64,000 nt of DNA. Source: a virus. The position numbers were made by a program, and so were the translations under genes. The DNA is taken from positions 683 to 64,682 of IMG/VR virus record IMGVR_UViG_2902229301_000001, one strand, 5' to 3'. Positions 1 to 8,827 of the stretch are shown here, piece by piece. The notes beneath the pieces are model-generated. The model did not search any database and was not told the DNA's origin. It saw nothing but the letters and a program-made list of their open reading frames with translations. Each line of letters begins with the position of its first letter. Within the stretch, counting starts at the first letter, position 1.

Positions 1-209
1 TGGCTACGGGGAAAGATATTGGTGGGGACACATGCGCCAGGCGCGGGCTTCGTTTCGTTCAGCGCTTCATCAATATGCGTCATGCTGGTAAAGCAGTAGC
101 CGCACATCATGTTTTGGCACTGGTGATAGCTACGTCGAACCAATGGGCTAAGTTCTACGCTGGTACGTGTTTTTGCAGTTGCGCGGCACTTTGGACATTT
201 GATCGCCAT
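1..209 (-). CDS. ogr: Ogr/Delta-family late transcription activator, 3' end beyond window
   Basis: Manual translation from ATG at 209: MAIKCPKCRATAKTRTS...YHQCQNMMCGYCF, Cys4 zinc finger; absent from ORF track because it runs off the edge. Confidence 0.9.
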   Translation of the reverse strand, partial: MAIKCPKCRATAKTRTSVELSPLVRRSYHQCQNMMCGYCFTSMTHIDEALNETKPAPGACVPTNIFPRS

Positions 210-259
210 GACAACCCCTCAAACGGTTGGTGTTACTGTCATTATACACAGGCGTTGCA

Positions 260-1393
260 TTAATCATCATTATCGTCTGCTGCCCAATCTGTTATTTTCA
301 CTTCAAATTCCAGCGATGTAGTAAATCCTGATTGGCTTATTTCATGTACGCAGCGTGTAATTATCCAATCGGCATTATCGATAACCGTTTTAAATCCAGA
401 CATACGGGCGTGTAATTCGGGATATAAATCGGCACGGCCTCGCGCTAACGTCATACTGAATTCTGCGGCACCACGCTGTAACTTCGACCATTTGGCCGCA
501 GCGGCGCGTTTGGCCGCTTGCTCGGTTTTAAACGTCGAACGCATAACATAAACATTACCTTCCGTTCCCTTCAGATAATTCCCCTCTTTACTGCTGGATG
601 CGGGTTCTTTCTTTTTAGCTGGCGTACTGGTTTTACGTTTATTTTTTACCTTTGTCGTTTTGGTCTTGCCAAAATTCAGATCCAGCCAGTACGCAGTAAC
701 ACCGGTGTACGCGTCGCGGTCAGCAACGCGGAAGCTGTGACTGTCTCCGCTACTGCGTGTAATGGTGATGGCCGGTAGTGGCTTGCCACTTTGTGAAACC
801 GCCTGCCCTGGGACAATGAACAGCAACATGCCGTTTTTTATTGTTGCGATTGCCCCAACCATTTCCGCCATGCGAGTAAGAAAACTGATATCTGATTCAT
901 TCGTCTGGTCGGCATGGTCAAGTTCCAGCTTCGCCAGCCGTTCTGTCACACCGGCTTTCAGCCCGTAGCGGCTGGCGATGGCAGATACCACAAACCCGAC
1001 GGTCACATTGTGCCAACTGTATTCACGCTTAACGTTAAATGTTTCTCTAAAATCCGCACTGCGGGCGCTGATAGTCAACTGATCCGGCGGGCCACGATGG
1101 GCAATTTCATCAACCGTGAATGTCCCTTTGCTGATTAGCGGTTCATTCGCCCAGCCCAGCGCCACCGTGACCTTTGCACCGCGCTCTGGCAGGGCTAATT
1201 TTCCGTCTGCATCGTCCAGCACCAATTCCAGCGAATCAGCCTCAAACCCGCGATTATCCGTCAGCGATAACGACATCAGCCGATCATTCAGCTCTGTAAC
1301 CTGCTTATCGCCAACCCTCACCATAAACGCCGGACGGGGTGAGTATTCGTCCAGCCGTCCAGAAATAGCCCCTAGCGTGTCCATTATTGACAT
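260..1393 (-). CDS. D: Late control/tail protein D
   Basis: LSLTDNRGFEAD...TVDEIAHRGPPD..ISARSADFR, P2 gpD family. Confidence 0.9.
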   Translation of the reverse strand: MSIMDTLGAISGRLDEYSPRPAFMVRVGDKQVTELNDRLMSLSLTDNRGFEADSLELVLDDADGKLALPERGAKVTVALGWANEPLISKGTFTVDEIAHRGPPDQLTISARSADFRETFNVKREYSWHNVTVGFVVSAIASRYGLKAGVTERLAKLELDHADQTNESDISFLTRMAEMVGAIATIKNGMLLFIVPGQAVSQSGKPLPAITITRSSGDSHSFRVADRDAYTGVTAYWLDLNFGKTKTTKVKNKRKTSTPAKKKEPASSSKEGNYLKGTEGNVYVMRSTFKTEQAAKRAAAAKWSKLQRGAAEFSMTLARGRADLYPELHARMSGFKTVIDNADWIITRCVHEISQSGFTTSLEFEVKITDWAADDNDD

Positions 1394-1427
1394 TGTTACC
1401 CCCTGATCTCTGCCTGAATACTCGCGT

Positions 1428-1475
1428 TACGCGCGCGTAGGGACAACCAGCCTCGGTTGTCACGCTCCTAAAACA
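1428..1475. promoter_or_regulatory. Back-to-back Ogr-type boxes for divergent D and FI late promoters
   Basis: TGT-N12-ACA at 1458-1475 (perfect); TGT-N12-GTA on minus strand at 1428-1445; matches P2 late promoter dyad. Confidence 0.65.
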
Positions 1476-1549
1476 AAGCAAACGCCGTGCACAGGCAGCG
1501 AAATCCCGCAATCATGAAGCCGGACATTTGACGCATTGAGGCAACAAGC

Positions 1550-2743
1550 ATGGCGACTAATTATCATCACGGTGTGACCGTCCGAGAAACAACGGATCTC
1601 AGCACCATCATTAACGATATCGACTCGGCAGTGATCGGCGTGGTGTGTACCGCCGATGATGCCGACGCTGATACGTTCCCGTTAAACGAACCGGTATTGT
1701 TAACCCGCGTTGCCAGCGTGTTAGGTAAGGCGGGTAAAACAGGCACGTTACACACGACTCTGAAATGCATTTCCGATCAGGCCAGCCCTCAAACGGTGGT
1801 GATCCGCGTGGCTGATGCGGCGAATGCGCAGGCAGAAGGCAGTGAACCTAAACCGACGCAGGATCAGTTAGTGATCGGCGGTTCCGATGCCAGCGGACGC
1901 TATACGGGGCTGTATGCGCTGCTGTCGGCAGAGGCGCGAATTGGTGTTCGCCCGCGCGTACTGGCCGTGCCGGAACTGGATACCCAAGCCGTTGCCGCAC
2001 AGTTGGCCGTAATAGCTGAAAAGCTAAACGCATTCGCCTATGTCAGTGCGCATGACTGCGCAACTATCGCGGCGGCGAAAACGTACCGCGAAAATTTCTC
2101 CCAGCGTGAACTTATGGTGATCTGGCCTGACTTTATCGCCTACGACACCGCCAAAGGGGAAAACGTTACCGTACCCGCGCCAGCGTTTGCGGTTGGCCTG
2201 CGTGCCAAAATTGATGCGGAAACAGGCTGGCACAAGGTGTTATCCAACGTTGCCGTAAACGGTGTGCTGGGGCTGAGCAAAGATGTGTATTTCACGCTAC
2301 AGGGAACGGATACCGACGCCGACGAGCTGAACAGCAACGGCATCACCACGCTGATTAAGCAGAACGGTTTTCGCTTTTGGGGATCACGCACCTGTGACCG
2401 TGAAACCTATCTGTTTGAAAGTTATACCCGTACCGCGCAAATCCTCGCAGACACCGTCGCAGAAGCGCATTTCTTCTACATTGATAAGCCGCTTACACCC
2501 TCACTGGCAAAGGATATTGTGGACGGCATCAACCGCAAGTTAACGGCGTTGGTCACCGCTGGCCGTCTGCTGGGTGCGAATTGTTGGTATGACAAAGAAA
2601 CCAACACCGGCGAAACGCTACGCACGGGAAAATTAACCATCAAGTACAACTACACACCCGTTCCGCCATTGGAGCACTTGGATCTGGTGCAGGAGTTTAC
2701 TGACGAATACTTCGCGACGTTCGCCAATACGTTCAGCGGGTAA
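1550..2743 (+). CDS. FI: Tail sheath protein FI
   Basis: NYHHGV..., [27 protein letters not shown] motifs. Confidence 0.95.
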   Translation: MATNYHHGVTVRETTDLSTIINDIDSAVIGVVCTADDADADTFPLNEPVLLTRVASVLGKAGKTGTLHTTLKCISDQASPQTVVIRVADAANAQAEGSEPKPTQDQLVIGGSDASGRYTGLYALLSAEARIGVRPRVLAVPELDTQAVAAQLAVIAEKLNAFAYVSAHDCATIAAAKTYRENFSQRELMVIWPDFIAYDTAKGENVTVPAPAFAVGLRAKIDAETGWHKVLSNVAVNGVLGLSKDVYFTLQGTDTDADELNSNGITTLIKQNGFRFWGSRTCDRETYLFESYTRTAQILADTVAEAHFFYIDKPLTPSLAKDIVDGINRKLTALVTAGRLLGANCWYDKETNTGETLRTGKLTIKYNYTPVPPLEHLDLVQEFTDEYFATFANTFSG

Positions 2744-2753
2744 GGGGTAAATC

Positions 2754-3269
2754 ATGTCTCTGCCAAAGAAACTTAAATACTTCAATCTGTTTATCGACGG
2801 TGACAACTATTTCGGCCAGGTGCCGGAAGTAACTCCGCCCAAACTCACGCGCAAGACGGAAGACTATCAGGCGGGCGGTATGCCTGGCTTTGTCGCGATT
2901 GACTTCGGTTTTGATGCGGGCGCGCTGGATATGGAAATCACCCTCGGCGGGCTGGATGCTGGCCTGTTGAAAAAGTGGGGCGTTTCCACTGCGGACGGTA
3001 TGCAAACGCGCTTTGCGGGTTCGTATCAGGATGAAGCCACAGGTGAAGCGGTGCCGTGTGAAATCCAGACGCGTGGCCGGTTTACCGAGCTTGACCCAGG
3101 CTCTGCCAAAGTGGGTGAAGATACGGCACATAAATACACCCTGAAAAATACCTACTTCAAGCTGACGATCAGCGGTGAAGAGGTCATGGAAGTGGATGTG
3201 CTGAACATGATTTATAAAGTGGCCGGTGTCGATATGCTGGAAAAACACCGTGCTAACGTTGGGCTATAA
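2754..3269 (+). CDS. FII: Major tail tube protein FII
   Basis: MSLPKKLKYFNLF...PKLTRKTEDYQAGGM. Confidence 0.95.
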   Translation: MSLPKKLKYFNLFIDGDNYFGQVPEVTPPKLTRKTEDYQAGGMPGFVAIDFGFDAGALDMEITLGGLDAGLLKKWGVSTADGMQTRFAGSYQDEATGEAVPCEIQTRGRFTELDPGSAKVGEDTAHKYTLKNTYFKLTISGEEVMEVDVLNMIYKVAGVDMLEKHRANVGL

Positions 3270-3275
3270 CAGGAA

Positions 3276-3596
3276 ATGTCTACCATGACTGAGAAACAAA
3301 ATAACGTCGTCATTCTGCAAAACCCGATTGCGCGTAAAGGCGGTGACGTGAAGGAAGTCGCTATTACTGGCGCACTAAAGCAGGCCGGATCGCTGCGTGG
3401 GCTGAAGGTCTACGATGTGATGACGTCCGATGTTGATACCCTGCTGACGTTGCTCCCGCGCGTCACGAGTCCGGCACTGACGAAAGAAGAACTCACAGCG
3501 ATGGATACCTGGGATTTTTGCCAGCTCTCCAATGCGGTGGCGACTTTTTTGCAACCCTCTTCCCCAGCGAGCGAGACGGGCGCGGTAACGGCGTAA
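3276..3596 (+). CDS. E: Tail assembly chaperone E
   Basis: GSLRGL...LLPRVTSPALT, position between FII and T. Confidence 0.9.
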   Translation: MSTMTEKQNNVVILQNPIARKGGDVKEVAITGALKQAGSLRGLKVYDVMTSDVDTLLTLLPRVTSPALTKEELTAMDTWDFCQLSNAVATFLQPSSPASETGAVTA

Positions 3597-3745
3597 TTCA
3601 CTGCCCGTTTAACTGTGTTGAAGAGGTGATGGCCGACATCGCAGCAATTTTCCATTGGTTGCCGTCGGCGATGGATGCCATGCCAGTAGATGAACTGCTG
3701 GCATGGCGCAGCCGAGCGGCCGTTAGAAGCGGAAACTCGGAATGA
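3545..3745 (+). other. -1 programmed frameshift site (TTTTTTG, 3545-3551) and E' extension
   Basis: P2 slippery heptamer; the -1 frame reads VEEVMADIAAIFHWLPSAMDAM (gpE' motif), stop at 3745. Confidence 0.85.
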
Positions 3746-6700
3746 CAGATCGCAATCTCAATATTCGCGTTGCCTTCAACGCGATCAACAATATGGCTCG
3801 GCCCGTCAGTGCTGCACGCAGCGGCACGGCGGCGCTGGCCGACCAAATCAGAGCAACACAAAACACCCTCAACGGATTAGGACGGCAGGCCAGCAGTTTT
3901 GACCGCCTGAGCGCCGCATCAGCAAAAACAACCCGCGAACTGGAACAGGCTAAAGCCAAAGCAGCGGCGATGCGTGCCGAATTTGGTGCCGCCAGTGCGC
4001 GAACGGACGAACAAAACGCAGCACTGAAACGGCAACGTGAGCTGATCAGGCAATTATCCACTGCTCAGGCCAATGAAACCCAACAGTTAGCACAACTACG
4101 GTCAGAACTGGCACGGCACGGCGTAATACTCGATCGCAGCCGCAGGGCAACAGATCAGATTAGCGATCAAACCGTACGCTATAACCGCATGTTAGCGGAA
4201 CAGCAACGGCGGTTAGCGGCAGTGACGCAGGCACGCGCACGCTACGATAGGATGCAGCAGACAGCGGGGAATCTGCGCAGCACAGGGGCAATGGCAATCG
4301 GCGCCAGTGCAGCCGGTGCGTATGTCGGTGCCAGAATGATGGCTCCCAACCTGCAATCAGATAAAAGCGGCGCGGTGATTGCTGCACAAAATGCCGAAGC
4401 CCCTGCAATGGGTACGCAGTATTCGAAAATCATTAAGGGGATCAATAGCGCCGGCGTGAGCAACGACCTCGCTCAGATCGCTAACACTGTATCGGCGGTG
4501 CGTAGCTCGCTAGGCGCATTAGGTGAGGTCGGTGAGGCTGAGTTAGACCGGATCTCGCGCAAAGCGTTAGATATGCAATCCGTGCTTGGCGGCGATACGG
4601 CGGAACATATCCAGATTGCCGCCATCATGATGAAGAATGGCCTGGCTCGCAGCAGCGATGACGCATTCGATTTGATGGCAGCAGGAATGCAACGCGTGTC
4701 TACTCAGATGCGCGGCGAGTTACCTGAGATATTGCACGAGTATTCAACGCACTTCAGGAACATGGGCTACAGCGGTTCTGAAGCCATGACGCTATTGGTC
4801 AATATGGCGCAGCAAGGGAAATTTGCGCTGGATAAGACAGGCGATGCCGTCAAAGAGTTTTCAATCCGTGGCTCTGATATGTCCAAGTCCAGCATCGCGG
4901 CGTATGACGCCATCGGCTTGAATGCGAAGCGCGTGTCATCAGCTATCGCCAGCGGTGGCGCACAAGCACGTAACGCGATGCAGCAAACGGCAAAGGGGCT
5001 ATTGAAGATTAAAGACCCCGCCGAACGGGCCAATGCAGCAATTGCATTATTTGGCACACCGATAGAAGACCTGTCTGTCGATCAGATCCCTAATTTCCTG
5101 TCAGCGCTGGCCAATACCAACGACCAGTTCAGCGACGTCAGCGGAACGGCCGAACGTATGGGCAGCACGTTACGCGATAACCTGTCGGGGGATATCGACA
5201 AGCTGGGTGGCGCCCTGAGTGGGCTACGTTTTGCCATCTTTGAAAATGACTCCGGCGTTTTGCGCAAACTGGCTCAGGGCGCGACGGCGTTAGTGAATAG
5301 CGTCCGCGAATGGGTGACGGCTAACCCTGAATTGGCTCAAACACTGCTCGTGGTTGTTGGCGGCGCGTTGGCGCTCACCGCTGCCATCGGCACCGTCTCT
5401 CTTGCGACTGGCATATTGATGGGGCCATTTTCCAAACTGCAACTTGGCCTATCCCTGTTAAGCGGTGGTAAGGGGATTGGCACCGTTACAAGTATGTTCA
5501 GCAGGCTTAGCGGCGTTATGACGGGTAGCCTGTCCAGCACTCGCGCGTGGGGGGGCATCCTTACCAGTATACGCAGTGGCATCGGTGGGATCGGCGGTAT
5601 TGCCCAGGGCGCTGGCCGTTCCTTGTTGATGGTATTCACCCAGCCAGGCGCAGCACTATCGGCGCTGGGTAATGGCGTGCGGATGCTGGCGACATCTGGA
5701 TTTTCTGCACTGAGTGGTTCAGGTATGGCGGTATTTAACATCCTGCGTACGGGCTTCATGTTGTTGCTCAGCCCAATCGGCATTATCGGTGCGGCAATCG
5801 TTGCGGCCGGTGTATTGATTTACAAATACTGGGAGCCGATCAGCGCATTCTTTAGTGGTTTTTTCAGTGGTCTGATGGCTGGCCTTGAACCGGTTAAACA
5901 ATCTTTTTCGGCGTTATCGCCTATTTTCGATGGGATCGGGCACGCCATTAGCGGCGTATGGGATTGGTTCACCAAACTGTTTGAACCAGTCAACGCCTCA
6001 TCTGAATCGCTGAAACAATGCACGGAAGCGGGGAAAGTATTTGGTGAAGTGGTTGGCATGGCGATTAGTGGCGTAGTGACGGTTATTTTGAAAGTTGCCG
6101 AAGGTATTGGCTGGATACTGAAAAAATTAGGGGTTATCCCTGAAGCCGCAAATGCCGCCGTTTCTGCATCAAATGCCATGAACGGCGCAATGCCGGAAAA
6201 AGGCTACGAGCCTAAAAAACCGGTGATGTACGTGTGGGATGAGAAACAAAAGAAAATGGTGGCGCAGGAATGGAAACCACAGCCCCCCAAAGAAACCGAT
6301 GTGGTGATTAAAACCGGTGAGGCAGCAAAACCACCGGCAGGCGAAGGCAACAAGCCTAAACAAACTGGCCCGTTGCAGGACCTGACGGGGAGCAATCCCA
6401 AAACAGCAAAAACAGGCAGCACAGCAAAGACAGAAGAGAAGAAAGACCCGAACAAGCTGGGCGATATCGTTTTTAAAAACGTGCCGCCGGCCGTCATGCT
6501 GGCGAACGGCTACCGTGAATCACAGGTTATGCCTGCACAGCCCAAAATTCCCTTACTCGAACGCGTGAAGCAAACCGCCGGTGTGCTGGCCGCGTCTGTC
6601 CTGCCGTTTACTGTGCAACCTGCTGGGGCGGACGTTCCGGCCATCAATTCACCTGCAGCACAGATGAAAACGGCAATGTCTGCCGGTATGGCCAGCACAG

Positions 6701-6843
6701 ATAAATATGAAATCAATATCACGATTCAGGATGCACGCAGCCTGGATGAAGACAAACTCGTCGCCAGACTGCGGCGGGAAATAGACGATATTGAACGCCG
6801 TAAGCAGCATCGCCAGCGCTCACAACTGACCGATCACGTATAG
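3742..6843 (+). CDS. T: Tail tape measure protein T
   Basis: 1033 aa helical Ala-rich protein, W-x-x-x-x-x-F-F repeats, position after E. Confidence 0.9.
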   Translation: MTDRNLNIRVAFNAINNMARPVSAARSGTAALADQIRATQNTLNGLGRQASSFDRLSAASAKTTRELEQAKAKAAAMRAEFGAASARTDEQNAALKRQRELIRQLSTAQANETQQLAQLRSELARHGVILDRSRRATDQISDQTVRYNRMLAEQQRRLAAVTQARARYDRMQQTAGNLRSTGAMAIGASAAGAYVGARMMAPNLQSDKSGAVIAAQNAEAPAMGTQYSKIIKGINSAGVSNDLAQIANTVSAVRSSLGALGEVGEAELDRISRKALDMQSVLGGDTAEHIQIAAIMMKNGLARSSDDAFDLMAAGMQRVSTQMRGELPEILHEYSTHFRNMGYSGSEAMTLLVNMAQQGKFALDKTGDAVKEFSIRGSDMSKSSIAAYDAIGLNAKRVSSAIASGGAQARNAMQQTAKGLLKIKDPAERANAAIALFGTPIEDLSVDQIPNFLSALANTNDQFSDVSGTAERMGSTLRDNLSGDIDKLGGALSGLRFAIFENDSGVLRKLAQGATALVNSVREWVTANPELAQTLLVVVGGALALTAAIGTVSLATGILMGPFSKLQLGLSLLSGGKGIGTVTSMFSRLSGVMTGSLSSTRAWGGILTSIRSGIGGIGGIAQGAGRSLLMVFTQPGAALSALGNGVRMLATSGFSALSGSGMAVFNILRTGFMLLLSPIGIIGAAIVAAGVLIYKYWEPISAFFSGFFSGLMAGLEPVKQSFSALSPIFDGIGHAISGVWDWFTKLFEPVNASSESLKQCTEAGKVFGEVVGMAISGVVTVILKVAEGIGWILKKLGVIPEAANAAVSASNAMNGAMPEKGYEPKKPVMYVWDEKQKKMVAQEWKPQPPKETDVVIKTGEAAKPPAGEGNKPKQTGPLQDLTGSNPKTAKTGSTAKTEEKKDPNKLGDIVFKNVPPAVMLANGYRESQVMPAQPKIPLLERVKQTAGVLAASVLPFTVQPAGADVPAINSPAAQMKTAMSAGMASTDKYEINITIQDARSLDEDKLVARLRREIDDIERRKQHRQRSQLTDHV

Positions 6844-6853
6844 GATTTTTATC

Positions 6854-7273
6854 ATGATGATGATTTTGGGTATGTTCGTCTTTATGCGGCAGACTACGCC
6901 GTACCAATCCCTGAGCCATGACAGCAGCTGGCGACATGTTAAAAATGACCGAGTAGGCAAATCCCCGCGTTATCAGTACATCGGGGCGGGTGAAGATAAA
7001 ATCACGCTGGCCGGTGAGCTGTATCCAGAAATAACCGGCGGCGATGTGTCGTTGAACATGCTGCAAACGATGGCCTACACAGGGAAAGCCTGGCCGCTGA
7101 TCGAGGGGACGGGCAACATCTACGGTATGTATGTGATAACCAGCATTAACGAAACCCGTTCCGAGTTTTTTAATGACGGTAAGGCGCGACATATCTCATT
7201 TACGCTGAATCTGGAACGGGTTAGCGAGGATTTGCGGGAAATGCTGGGTGATATAGATATCGACTTGCCCTAG
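6854..7273 (+). CDS. U: Tail protein U
   Basis: MMILGMFVF..QTTPYQ...GKAWPLIEGTG, P2 gpU family. Confidence 0.9.
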   Translation: MMMILGMFVFMRQTTPYQSLSHDSSWRHVKNDRVGKSPRYQYIGAGEDKITLAGELYPEITGGDVSLNMLQTMAYTGKAWPLIEGTGNIYGMYVITSINETRSEFFNDGKARHISFTLNLERVSEDLREMLGDIDIDLP

Positions 7274-7303
7274 TAACACAGATACTTTTAACTGTGAACG
7301 ATT

Positions 7304-7342
7304 AAAAAAGCCCACCAGTTGGTGACTGGTGGGCTTCGCTTT
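7304..7342. terminator. Bidirectional intrinsic terminator
   Basis: 12-bp stem AAGCCCACCAGT/ACTGGTGGGCTT with A-run and T-rich flanks. Confidence 0.75.
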
Positions 7343-7458
7343 CCCCGATGTATCATTATTATTTTAAAACCAATCACATAATGACATTCGCCGTGGTTAT
7401 TTTATAAACTTTTATACAGATCGATTACTCGTTATTGATCGGCGGTAACGATCAATTC
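7304..7458 (+). repeat. Conserved ~155-bp tail-fibre-adjacent element, copy 1 (copy 2 at 41761-41914)
   Basis: Colinear similarity across hairpin, TCATTAT/ATAATGA dyad, TTTTATAAAC-TTTATACAGATCGATTA and ATTGATCG-N7-CGATCAAT. Confidence 0.85.
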
Positions 7459-7576
7459 ACGTTTGCGATTGACTGTAAATTCAGCACTTAACTTGGATGT
7501 TCTGATAAAAACCTAAAGAAATTAGAAATCCCCCCGATAACTGTGGGTCATTGGAAATCGCACAGGGATAAGAAGT

Positions 7577-8623
7577 ATGGGGAGTTTCTCAAACCAAAAT
7601 GGCTCAAGTAATAACCAATTACACGGATTGACCATTTTCAGATTTATCGCGGCCTTTTATGTTTTCGTTTTCCATTGTCAAATCAGATACCCTCTTGATG
7701 TACCCCATTTTATTACGAGAGTAATCAATAATGGTGCCGTTGGTATGTCATTTTTTTTCGTCTTGTCGGGTTTTGTTATGGCTTGGTCTGCCAGAAATGG
7801 CATCCGAAGTGATTATGTCAAGGCAAGAATATCAAGAATATATCCAGCATATATTTTTATGGGGATAATTTCACTTCCTTTTTTATTTGATGTTGAAAGT
7901 GGAAAATTAATACCATCTCTTGTGTTGTATTTTACAGGGATGCAATCTTGGATACCTGATTCTTTTTTTTCTTGGCACTTTGGAGGGTCTTGGTCGGTCT
8001 CCACAGAACTTTTTTTCTATATGGTATTTCCTCTAATACTTCCATTGGTTAACAAGAATCCTAAAGCATCTTTATTAATAGCATATATTGTAACTTCGCT
8101 AATTATTCCTTTTGTCATGGTTTTTGGTAACTCAGATAAGATGCCATACTTTTATATAAGCCCAATACATCGGCTTCCCGAGTTTGTCATTGGAATGGCT
8201 CTTGGTGCTATGTATATAAATGGTTTTCAATTAACATTGAAAAAGCACAAGTTATTGTTAGTCGGTTTTTCTTTATTGATTCTACTTTTTGTTTCGCCAG
8301 TAGGTAATTACGGATTCATGAAGAGAAATTTCGCCACCGTACTGGCAACCGCATCTTTGGTTTTTGTTTTTGCTTGCTCAAAGATTGAAATAAATTCACT
8401 TACACGTCCGTTTGTTTGGCTAGGTAAGATAAGTTACTCTTTTTATCTTATGCAAATACCAATAATATTGTTTTTTGTAAAATATCCGAGTGTTTTTTTT
8501 GGAATGGAAAACTACCAAGTTTGGATAGTTGTAGGTGTGTTCAACCTTATGATGGCGACAATTTCCTACTATCTCATTGAAGAGAAATTCATATCAAAAA
8601 TAAAGAGAATGTCATTTGCTTAA
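7577..8623 (+). CDS. Acyltransferase-3 (OafA/YrhL-like) membrane O-acyltransferase, AT-rich moron
   Basis: L.GLTIFRFIAA, GAVGMSFFFVLSGFVM, RISRIYP, WSVSTELFFY, LGKISYSFYL; many hydrophobic segments. Confidence 0.85.
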   Translation: MGSFSNQNGSSNNQLHGLTIFRFIAAFYVFVFHCQIRYPLDVPHFITRVINNGAVGMSFFFVLSGFVMAWSARNGIRSDYVKARISRIYPAYIFMGIISLPFLFDVESGKLIPSLVLYFTGMQSWIPDSFFSWHFGGSWSVSTELFFYMVFPLILPLVNKNPKASLLIAYIVTSLIIPFVMVFGNSDKMPYFYISPIHRLPEFVIGMALGAMYINGFQLTLKKHKLLLVGFSLLILLFVSPVGNYGFMKRNFATVLATASLVFVFACSKIEINSLTRPFVWLGKISYSFYLMQIPIILFFVKYPSVFFGMENYQVWIVVGVFNLMMATISYYLIEEKFISKIKRMSFA

Positions 8624-8827
8624 AATATGTAGTTGCATTTCGCTATGAGATGCAACCACTTTACATTTATGAACTTACCGCATGTGATACAACATCAGGT
8701 AAATACACGGTACGCTGATGAATATTTATCTCTTCATCTGTAGCGGGTCTGGCACCCTCCATTTCATTTCCAATATAGATCCATCCATCCTTGTGTTTCC
8801 AATATTGAATATCCATCTATTATACCC

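Noticed and set aside
7434-7456. FNR site in ATTGATCG-N7-CGATCAAT
   Set aside because: TTGAT-to-ATCAA spacing is 11 nt, not the 4 nt FNR requires
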